From Chrysomallon squamiferum (Eukaryota; Animalia; Mollusca), in the NCBI GenBank assembly GCA_012295275.1, contig CM022672.1:23994001-24058000 (forward strand): DNA of 64,000 nucleotides. The letters run 5' to 3'. Each line of letters begins with the position of its first letter. Positions within the stretch are counted from its first letter, which is position 1. Below the pieces are notes generated by a model. It saw nothing but the letters and a program-made list of their open reading frames with translations, was not told the DNA's origin and did no database searches. This document shows, piece by piece, positions 1 to 11,521 of this stretch. The translations under genes and the position numbers were made by a program.

Positions 1-1421
1 GTAAAGATTTTAGGTTGTAGATGAGCTGGCTAATGCACTGTTCTTTGCTAATGTGAGCACTAACAGAGTACGTGTTTGTTGTTAGTAACCAGTACTGATA
101 GGTGTCGTCATATTAGATTTCTTCCCTCTATTTATTTTTATATACATACACGCACACAACATACACACAAACACCTGCGTTACTTCTAACTTACTCTGTT
201 TTCAGTTTTTCTTTCTTCATCTCTGGCTATTCAAATTATTGTGAACATTCATGGTTGGATGCAAAAATTTCACACATGGGGAATCAGTTTGCAACTGTCA
301 AATACATTTCTCAATCGTTAACGGCATATTCAATGACGTATTTTTATATAATTTTTTTTTCTGTTTCCTCGTTATAATCTGAGTTACCTGAATAATTGAT
401 TCCGTTCATTCACCATTACCACCCGCCTCTTGTTTACTTTCTCTTTTTCAGTCATAATCCGTGCGCTGTTCCTTCGGTCCCTCGCTGTGCTATTTTCACG
501 CTCTCAACATCACGGGATTATGTTTGTCAGCGATGTATAAAATTGTGGCCAGAGGCATCTTATTGAAACAGGACTCAATGGTCCATCTCGTGTAAGTGGC
601 CAATGGTCCATCATGTGTAATTCAGTGGTGTTAATAAGATCATTCATACTTTGTGCTATACTTAGACGAGATTTATCCTAATAATAAGACAGCAGCATTG
701 ATAGGAACCTCGGGTTAACAGCAAATCCAGTTAAGCAATGGAAGTGTCGTGTTTTAGCTCGCAAAACAAACATCCTCAGTGTCCAGTGTTCTTCAGTCTT
801 GTCGCCCGGAGAGACTGCTTTGGCACATTTACGAAATTAATTTTGAAAAGTGTCTTTCTTTTGCTTAATTCCTACAAAACACACACTTAACCTAAGTGGA
901 TATATAAACCATTAGTGCTGCCATTTCCCCTGATGATATATTATACGTTTTATACTAAGGTCGTTTATTTTTATCACAGTCTGGTCATTCAAGTAATAAC
1001 CAGTATTATAATAAATTTAAATTTTACTATGACTTAGCAGATGCAGTACTATTTATTTCCTAGAATAAAAGCAAAAAATATTAAAATCATGATATACGTG
1101 TATGTCTGCTTTATTTCTCTACTGAATATGAAAAGGCAAGGTAGGAAGCAAAGGTTTTTATTAACGTCTGTCTCAAATTAATAAGAAACCAAAACCATTG
1201 GTTCTCTATAGTGGGGTTAATTGGTTGTTGTTCGTCTTCTTCTTCTTCTTGTTTTTATTTGGGTCTTTTTCCTTTGCTGCAAGCTAAGTTTTACATGCAC
1301 CTTCTGGAAAGCACATACTACAAATTTGGATATCATGTTTGCTAAAGCGGATATTTTCTCAATGAAAACGGGTATTTAGCTATAATAGTTAGTTATGAAA
1401 TTAGGTCTGAGTAAGCAAGCT

Positions 1422-1423
<2 letters not shown>

Positions 1424-1513
<90 letters not shown>
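1424..1513. repeat. (AG)n microsatellite
   Basis: Perfect dinucleotide run. Other (AG/CT)n runs at ~5872-5962, 20588-20677, 33163-33210, 37909-37960, 39444-39492, 45403-45497, 58207-58270. Confidence 0.97.
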
Positions 1514-1517
<4 letters not shown>

Positions 1518-2485
1518 ATATCTTTAAACATCCCTTTAACAGAAGAGATTGCAAGCAGATTACAAGTTTAAAAATGAATCAACATGTTATATCAATATTT
1601 ATTTTCCTATAATCCTCTACTCAACCACTACAGTTCATTTGCCGGCTTAAGCTGCTGTTTTCGCTCGTATGGATTTGCTCTGATTTCACCGCTAATTCCA
1701 AACTGGAATTCATTGCGAGCTGAATTCTCTAGCTGACAGTTATCAGTTTAGATCTGTTCTTAATTCTTCATCGCCTTCAGGTTTAGGTTAAGCAAGGAAT
1801 TAAATATTAATATTCCCGATTTTTTAAATTATGCATATATGTGTGCGCGCGTACATATGAATGTAGGAATATACATGTGAATGCTTGCATGGGTGTGTGT
1901 GTGGGGTGTATGTGTGTGTGTGTGTGTGTGTTTATCTGGGATATTTCAAACAAAATTTTAAAAATGCTTGTGGCATCCTACATATTAAAATTTAAAGAAA
2001 CGATATTCTTCCTTTTTTTTTTGGCACTGATTATGTATAATAGGTTTCTATGTGTGTGTTTTGAACATTTACCTTTTCGTACACGTTTGTTTTACAGATA
2101 ATGTGTATCTATATTGTATATCCGAAAAGACAGTTGTTCAGAAATATTTTCCTCAACATTTATTTTATGATTACTTTGAAATTTTTAAATTTTGTGAATT
2201 TTTTTTAAAATTATTTTATTTTATTTTTTTTTTTTTTTAAGAAAAGTAAAGAAAAACAAATTAGCTCGTACAATTCCGGTATTTAGAAATTCTAACCTCC
2301 TTGTCATTTTTCCGTCATCTTTTATTGTTTATTTCTTTCAGTGTTTTTTTTTTTTTTTTTTTTTTTTTTATCCAAAAGATAAATTAAAGATAAAATTTGA
2401 AAGTGAAAATAATTTACAACCTTCGTGCTTTTTTGTGATCAGCTTTTTATTATGTTAGGTATTTTGTCACCGATCAATTATTTTG

Positions 2486-2795
2486 TTAGTTACGAGCATG
2501 TTTGTCCCACGTTAGCTCATCAGCGGAACGGAATGAAGTATTAACTCTTTTAAAATTGATTTTTGGACCTTTCTGTTGACAGTGCAATTCTGCCTGCAGC
2601 GGCAACTTCTTTGAAACGAAACTCAAGCTTGAATAGATTTTAACGAACAACATTCCTCCATAGAAAATAAACTGTAACAGTATGGAGTAATCTCCCTTGT
2701 ACAAAGTTTCTTCGAGATCGTTTAGGCTGAATCTTCGCAGAAAATTAATTTTTAAATCCTACATTTGCATTGCAAAAACGTTAAGAACATGCCTG

Positions 2796-2828
<33 letters not shown>

Positions 2829-4720
2829 GTATAAAATATTTTAATCTTAAACTCTACGATTCAGTTAAACAATTTTTATCTTCTCGTCTTTTGTTTTTTC
2901 CAGCAAAACTTGGCATTTATGTTTATTTTCACAGACCCAAGTGAGAGTCTGGAATCGTATAATTGACTTTATTTTTTTTTTTTTTGGAGGAAAAAAGAAA
3001 AGTAAATTAAAAAATGGCGTAGCCATAAGGTTAGTGACAGTGTAGAATAATGTGAGTCTTAGTCTATTCAGGCGTAAGAAATGGCTTTTAATTATATGTG
3101 TATGAGCATGTGTGGGTTTGTGTATGAGTGTGTGTGTGCGCGCGCGCGTGTATATATATATATAGAGAGAGAGAGAGAGTGAGAACAACGACTTATTTCT
3201 TTGTCAGGCGTATTTCACAACCTCTTGCAGTGAAAAGCACGTTATTTGTTTTCATTTCAGTTCTGTTCAGTACAGATATTGATATAGATAGACACAAACG
3301 CGCGCGCGCGCGCACGGTTTTTCAGTTCATGTCGTTTTGATCGTAGCAACACAGAAGCAAGAGGAAGTGATAATATTTGCAGTATTTGTAACTGAAGCAA
3401 TAACAACAGCAGAAACTGCAGTAATAATAATTATTAATATTTTGTAGAAAAGAATATTATATATTTCTTTCTTTCTTTCTTTGAATTTTTACCACTTTTA
3501 TTATTATTATTGTTTTGGGGTTTTTTTGTTGTTTTTTTTGCAGGAATTGATATTGTACAAGGAATTAGTTTTGTCAGTGTACTGTAATATTTTTTTTTGT
3601 AATAAAATCATCCGCCAGAGATATAATAAGTATTATAATGATGAATATGCAAACGTTTTGCTGGTGAAAGTAATGATGATGATTTTGTCGAGGAGTCACT
3701 TTATTAGCACCAGTAGTGATAACGATGACAGTGACATATCTCTGTGTTATATATTATTTATGTACGTTGTTCTTTCTGTATTCATTCTACAAATGACTGA
3801 TGGTCTGCCACAAATAATTACTTTTGTAACTTTAAATGGTGTATAAATTTTATTCTGTTATTGCAAACACTGAAGGCAAATTCAATAAAACGTATGGTTA
3901 TCTCTAATACGATGAATATCGTAATAATATCTTGTTTCTAGCCATTTTCCTGTTCGCACTGAAAACATTATTATAATTGTCGTGTGTAAAACAATATATG
4001 AATAACTTGCTTTTAATAATAAAAATAAAATTCAGTGGTCTATCTGCCTTTACAATCGATAAACTGCACGAATTTGACAATGTGACAAGTAAATTTATTA
4101 TATTTATAAAATAAAACTTTAATGTAGTCAAAAAGAAATTTAAAATATTAAGAAGTATGTCAAACAAAGAACTATGAACAACAAAGAACTAAAAAAAAAT
4201 AAAACCAAGAAGAAGAAAAGAGCCATGTTTTTTTTTTACAAAGAAACAGAGAAGAAACAAATAAATACATGTACATGAAAGGACATGAAAAGATAGAAAT
4301 AAACAGGGAAAAAACGTAAGATACTAACAAAATAAGAAAAGAAAGAAAGAAAAAAAAATAAATAAATAAAATTCGAATGACAAAAGTCCAACATCATAAC
4401 ATGACATTCATTTCCACAGCTGAACTTCCTTTTTTATTTCCTCTCCATAATACAATCGCCCAGCTTGCATGTTTCTCGTTTAATCAATGGTGTCTGGAGC
4501 AGGAGAGGAATTATCGCGCAAAACCATTAAACCACCCCGACTTGTTTTCTTCCTTTACCAGTTCATAAAGTAATTACCTCTGTCACTCTTGTCTCGCGTC
4601 CAAGTGCTCGCTAAAACAGAGAGCAGCGACCATGACAAATTATTACTTCTCTCTCAAGTCGTCATTCGCCGTTCAGACGAAGAAAAAGATACTTGAGCGA
4701 CAGGCTGCAGCAGATTAGAA
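2486..4720 (-). other. Possible spliced non-coding or 5'-UTR exons of a minus-strand transcript
   Basis: CpG-richer block ~4578-4720 ends on the - strand in GAG|GTAATT (4578/4577). A long poly-T plus CAG acceptor lies at 2793/2792, followed by a GC-richer block. All three frames after the acceptor close within 13 codons. Confidence 0.25.
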
Positions 4721-4762
4721 TCGTACAACTAAATTATATTTTGTTTTATTCTCAAACCTTTT

Positions 4763-4807
<45 letters not shown>

Positions 4808-5684
4808 TGTTGTGTATATTTTGTGTGTCTATGCATATATATATATACACACACACACACATATATACATACATAAATATACATTTACATGTTTGAAAAT
4901 ATCGATTTCTTTTGTTCAGATTCGTTATTTGTTATCTTTTTATTCCTTTTTCTTCTTTTCTTTTTTCTTTTCAAGTATTTTCTGGTTTGATACGTAATTA
5001 ACCTGTGTGTGTTCCCCATACATTTGGTAATTTTTCGTTCCAGTGACTTCTTTACAGCTACTTAAATGTTTTTTTTTTTTTAAACTCTTTTTATTTAGAA
5101 GATGCAGATAAAAAGATTTCTTGCTGTTAATCAATAAATGTATTTCATTATATTGCGCCAATAGATTTCTTGTATATATTTTCCAAACAGGACTAGATTT
5201 AGCAGAAAGCATAACCATTAAAACAAAATTTTATGCTGGATTTAGTTAAGAAGTATTTTTTATAAAGAGCATGATGGTGAGTAGGAGCTGTGGTTTTCTG
5301 TCTATGTGAAGAGGTAATTACTTTATGAACTGTTTCACGAGCTGTTATCCATATATATATCTCTATGTAGATATGAATTAATAATGTACTAAGTGCGTAA
5401 TTAAATAAAATGTATCCTTTAATTGCTGGAGAATCCTCCAAAGCCAACAACAAAATAAAGCAAAATTAGTCTACGTTATGCAACAGAGTTGATCGTTTTT
5501 AAGAAATACCCCGTTATCTGCAGACATTTTGTCCGTTAACGTTTAGTCCTATACATTTTAACCTTGACATTTTATACGATGTCAGTTTGAATGAACCCCT
5601 ACAATAATTGTAAACCATTAACGGTGTACGTCGGTGAGGAACAAACTCAAATAGACTGAGTCATTAAATTTAACTTTTCTGATG

Positions 5685-5724
<40 letters not shown>

Positions 5725-5869
5725 TATTATTATTATTATTATTATCAATATGCTGTTCCATATAAATTTTAAAATTGCAAAAATTAACTATTTTTAATTT
5801 ATTACATTGAGACTGTTAAAACAATTATTATAAGAAACGCTAAAAGTTAGCTGCTGCAACGGCTTTGAT

Positions 5870-5966
<97 letters not shown>

Positions 5967-8084
5967 TATTTGCTTTGCTGACTTTCCATTTTCTCACAAT
6001 ACTCTATATATTAATCTGCACTAACAGAAAAAACCCCAAAAATAAAACACAAATATTACAAATATCTGACTTCGATCAATGTTTGAAAAAAACAACAAAA
6101 AACTTATTAATAAATACAAAATGTGAAATTACTGGATACTTAAAACTTGAAATTTAGTTTTCATTTCCGATATTTGTCTTCTTATTAAGGTATCCAGCTA
6201 TTTTAACAGAAAACTCTGCAGCTGTATGGCGCCAGTACATGAGTCTTTGGCGTCATTCAGTTTCCATCCATTTCTTATATTATGATTCCATTATGTTTTT
6301 TGTTTTCCTCATGTGTTCTCTTTATTTTTATGACATATTCTTTACCTCCCAGATTTTCTACGTGCTTATACATCTAGATGCGAATAATTATTTAAAACAC
6401 TGTTCTTTTTAAATATTTGTTTTCTATCATGTTTTACGTCTAAATAATGTACTATTTCGTGTTTTACTGTGACACTTTAATAAACGAACTATTTATGAAC
6501 AAGTTACTTTTACTGATATATAATAAAGATTAACACAGCTTATGATTTTAATACATTAAATTTCTAATGTTTTATAAAGTTTAATATATATATATATATA
6601 TATTTGGTAGTAGATGTAGTAGTCTTAGTAGTAGTAGTAAGAAGAAGAAGAAGAAGAAGAAAAGAAGAAGAAGAAGAAATCGTCTTTTTCACAGACGAGT
6701 TTTTAAAACTTAATTGTAGCCATATTCATTCTTACTCATCTGAATGGGTATATTAAATACTCTTTTTACATCTTTAAATATATATTTAAAGGACATTTAG
6801 GTAAACATTACTTTCATGATTTTTTACAATTATATAAAATCATTACAGTGACAGAACTTATCCCTTATCATCAGAAAACCTGGATTAGCCTCTACACGCA
6901 TCTGTGTTTTTATACCCTTGTAGGTTGTATTTGTAACTGTGTGTGCATGTGTGGGTGTCTGTGACTGGCTGTGAGTGTATGCGTGTATGTGTATATGTGT
7001 ATGTGAGTGACTGTGTCTGAGTGTATGTCTGTGTGCATGAGTATGTATATATAAAGATTCGTTAACGACAAAAAGTAAGTTGTGCTAATAATGGAAGGGA
7101 AATAACTCTAGTCTTACAAATAAATCTCAAAGATACTTTGCTGCATTAATGAAAACAGTACTAGTATAGAAAAATATAAACAGTGTTGATTACATGTAAT
7201 CAGTGTTAGACCTGTTTTCTATTACATTTTTTTTTTTTTTCTCTCTAATAAATATACAGTTACAAGATTTTATTACATATAACAGGCCAAATACAGCATT
7301 TCAGTGGAAACCAAATCACCGTAGTGTGGATTTTAATTGATTGGAGATTTCATGGTTGTCTCCACCACAAAAGTAAATAAATAAATAAATAAATAAATAA
7401 ACAACAACAACAACAACAACAATCATTATCATCATCATTATCATCATCATTATTATTATTATATAAAGTTGTGTGTAGTTCAACCGTGGACTTGAGTAAA
7501 CACATTAATTTAGATTGCTCCACTATCAGGATTTTGACCTGAGTGTTAAAATACAAACATACACCCACAAATAACGACACACATTTGATCGGCTGTATTA
7601 TATATATATATAGTAAATTTATCTAAAACAATTTTGACGTTTCAAAGGGTTTGCACTTTTTTCTTCACTACTTTAATGATGACGTTAAACAATGTCTCTG
7701 ATACACAATACTACATCTACTTATTCCATTTTCTTTTTTTTTCTTTTTTCTTTTGTTTTGATTTATTTTTTGTGTGTCATTCCTAGACATAAACTGAAGG
7801 TTTTGAAATATCGGATGTCTACTTCAGTAAGATATACTTTTCGTACGATACAAACTATTTTGACGGGTATTGTTACCAATGAACATACTGACATCGTCAA
7901 GGTAATATATACATGTATGATGTGTGAAGCGATTTTACTACAATAATATTACAAGATATTTATATTTAACATCAGATATTTAATGATATTGAATGATAAA
8001 AAAAAAATAGCCTAACATTTAAGACGGTGTTTTGAAATTAAATTTTTATTTGGTATCACAAAAAAAAAAAACTTACAATTAACA

Positions 8085-8154
8085 ACAAGAACAATAACAA
8101 CAACAACAACAACAATAACAACAACAATAACAACAACAACAACAACAACAACAA

Positions 8155-8204
<50 letters not shown>

Positions 8205-8225
8205 ATAATAATAATAATAATAATA
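8085..8225. repeat. Compound trinucleotide microsatellite (ACA)n(ACT)n(AAT)n
   Basis: Directly visible. Similar tracts at ~8915-9057, 18436-18520, 22957-23025, 30837-30905, 34190-34241, 35050-35205, 40611-40662, 54866-54940. Confidence 0.95.
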
Positions 8226-8499
8226 AGCAATAAAAGGAAGAAAAATAAGAGTTTAATTCTATAGTCCATTAACACATTTGATTTTAAAAGTTCTAGGATT
8301 TTCTAAAAATGCGATACCATTGTTAACATTACTATATTAATACGACAACATCAATAAATAGTTTACATGTCACAGCTGTATCACACATCACGTATACACA
8401 CATAAAAAAACAACAACACTAAACACGTTTGTAACTGGTCACTAACAATACCACGATAACGAAGGGTGGAGAGCTTGACCCAATAATGAATCTTTTTAT

Positions 8500-8588
8500 T
8501 TTTCTTACTATCGTGGGTGGACGTTTGACATTTGTGAACAACAGCGCCAATACTGGGATAACAGTTTGAGCAATCTTAGCAGTGTATG
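8500..8588 (+). other. Putative first exon of CAP gene copy A
   Basis: Locally GC-richer stretch ending ATG|GTGAGT (donor 8589). Splicing to the acceptor at 11512/11513 gives in-frame M-R-S-T-MADKAF. Start coordinate approximate. Confidence 0.45.
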
Positions 8589-9022
8589 GTGAGTTCATTA
8601 AGTATATATTTTGTATATATTATTAGTAAATTACTCTAATTGTATATATGTTAGTACTTCATAAGGAAATGTATTGTATACGTTTTGGTGGTATCAAATT
8701 TTTGTTAATTATACGAAATATTTTACTGTTGTAAACTGTTTCCTTACTGGGAAAGATTAGCAATAAGGATTTTTAAAAATTGTCCTACCCATGGTGAATT
8801 ATCTCAGTTTTATTAACCCCGGATTGGTGTCTATGATTTACACGATTTTGTCTGATACATGTTTTTCAGCATCACTTCTTTGTTTTCTAGTTTATTTGTT
8901 ATTGTTGTTATTAATAGTGGTAGTAGTAGTAGTAGCAGTTATAGCAGTAGTAGTAGCAGTAGTAGTAGCAGTAGCAATAATAGAAGTATTAGTAGCAGTA
9001 ATAGCAGCAGCAGTAGCAATAA

Positions 9023-9057
<35 letters not shown>

Positions 9058-10741
9058 AATTCAATTAATATTATCTATATATATTATTATAATGCTATAA
9101 TATATATATATATATATATATAAAAAGCAAGATCAACACTTATTTGATAAAGTTTGTGTGCTTAAATCTAAAACATTAGTATAAACACGTCATTCGCGGA
9201 ACAGAATGTGATAAAGTCAACGGTCATGTACATGACGGAAAAACCACAGTTTATAAATGTATTATTAACAGAATCTCTTAAAATGACACGAGCAGATATC
9301 ATTAATCATCACTAACTACAAGGAAATACTTACTGGACAAATAAAGATGTCGCTTTGTAACCGAATGGTAAGAGTTCACATAAAAGTTGTTATAAATATG
9401 TTATTGGTTGAAGTTAGACTAATTTTAAAGAACAAGTAAAAAAAGACAGTGTACGTTTAATGTAGGTATAATGTTATTCTATGTAAAAAAACAAAAAAAA
9501 AAACAACTTCCAGTCTATTAACATATATTTTTAACTGTTTTTAATTTGTAACAACACTGTTGTTTATCAACATAAAATGTCACAGTATATTTCTTTTGTA
9601 GATTACAGAAAGGTTACTTGCTGTGCTTATATACGACATTTCAGTTACTACCAACATAAAGAAATAAACCATGCATATTATGGGGCCTTCTTTTTCTAAT
9701 CTACCCTAATCCATAAAGGCACATGCACACATATTCTTTTATCAAACCAGATTGTTAATGGTTTGGGCATATTAGAAAAAGGATGGCTCATACTGTTTAT
9801 GTTGACAATTTCAGCAGCATATAAAATCGTCCCCGGTTAAAATATCCTTTAATATATATTTCCAGCTTCCTCTAATATCTAATGTATTTTTCGAATGGAA
9901 AATATTTAAAAAAATAAGGATGTTTACACAATCTATTGAGAAAGGTACATTTATGTATAGGAAAAGGGCCAAACAACGTTATAGTGGAAACATACTGAGA
10001 GAACAAATGGTTGTGGAAGTTTTATGATTACAGAGAATGTATCCAGAACATGTTTAGTCATACAGTCCTAGAAGTATCGGGTGCAACATTTGACTGACTT
10101 CTAACACTGACCAAAATGGAGTTCATTTGTGTTTTATTTGAACGTTTGTACTTTGTACCTATAATAAATACGCACATACCCAGGTTTTTATATATTACGT
10201 CATTAATTTTGTCTTTTCATTAATCAATTAATTATTTTCATTAGAGCTAAATAAATTAATATATAATAGTTTATGTTTGTTTGTTTGTTTTATTATTAGT
10301 AGTAGTAGTGCTTTTTTTTTTTTTTTTTAAATTAAAACCCAAAATCCTTCCGAAACGCCTTACATTTACCAGATAAAATGAAAAATAAAATATGAAAATT
10401 ATTTTTGTTTTTAGATTCTACACTTCTGTCGGTAATAAATATATTGATATTTTCCTGGTTTCCCTAGTTATTATATTTGTCCCATGTATCCCTAACCAGC
10501 TGTTGTTATAGATTCTAGTTCACTAATGTCAGTAGAAGCAAAGATAATCGCCAAATTCTAATACTACTCTTACTAATAATACTAATAATAATACTAATGC
10601 TACTACTACTAACAACAACAGTAATAATTTATACTGAAATAAAGAAAGTAATAAAATTGAACAAAAATCTATACACAATCACTGGACGTTGGTAATGTTA
10701 TGAACGGCCTGAAATGACAGCATGTATTAGTGTAATTGTAT

Positions 10742-10778
<37 letters not shown>

Positions 10779-11089
10779 GTATAAAGTTCAATACCAGGGT
10801 CACTGAAATAAATTCATGTATTTGTCTTTGTCAAAACAGGATAAATCGTTCAGAAATGGAATTAATAATGGCAGACGTGAGGAAGAAAGAATGGATTATT
10901 TTTATGAAGTAAAGTGTATTTATAATAGTGAAGAAAAAGATAAAATATTCGAGTGAAGTAATTTTATGTCAAGAGACACATATACACCTAGAGAGGAGGC
11001 AGCAGGGAAGTGTTTCTGAAAACTAGAAACATTTCTAATAACTGTAAGTGTTAATTTTCGATCTCTCACCGACATGTTAAGATTATCTA

Positions 11090-11119
11090 TTACGTCATCT
11101 TCGATCGAATATGACGTAA
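11090..11119. promoter_or_regulatory. 30-bp near-perfect palindrome carrying two inverted CRE-like bZIP sites
   Basis: TTACGTCAT-C-TTCGATCGAA-T-ATGACGTAA has one mismatched pair; present only in copy A. Function is inferred. Confidence 0.45.
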
Positions 11120-11521
11120 ATTACAATGAACCCCGCTAGCAACGTCCGCATAAAGCAGATATCGGGACAGGATGTTGAATATAGGTCGAAAGCTTTTCCA
11201 TATCTTTGTCTCAGAACCTTCATATATAGACTGACTCTATTTTATTAGTATTTGTCTGGCTTAAAGGGTAAATTTATATAAGTAATTGAATGGTTTTGGG
11301 CTTTTTTTGCAGCAACAGCAATAATAACAGTAATAATTCAATCATCATAATCTTCAGTCTTTTTATTTATTTATTTATTTGTACCATTTTCACATGTAAT
11401 TATTATTATTATTATTGTTGTTGTTGTTGTTGTATAATGAGTGATCTGCTTTCTGTTTTGTAATTTGTTTCGTAAATTTTTCGCCCTAATCTAAAGATTT
11501 TACTCTTAACAGAGATCCACA

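Noticed and set aside
2486-2704. 72-aa minus-strand ORF
   Set aside because: Non-ATG start, no recognisable motif, and an in-frame stop lies between it and the nearby acceptor.
7630-7670. Minus-strand GTGAAGA...GAAACGTC resembling a minimal hammerhead
   Set aside because: The CUGA box is broken (GUGA) and stem II is mismatched.
8791-9123. Hydrophobic 110-aa ORF and similar poly-V/I/S/Y or ER-repeat ORFs (e.g. 5794, 8012, 12357, 18406, 20571, 23914, 35029, 54795, 56682)
   Set aside because: They are translations of microsatellites or AT-rich low-complexity DNA, without splice or homology support.
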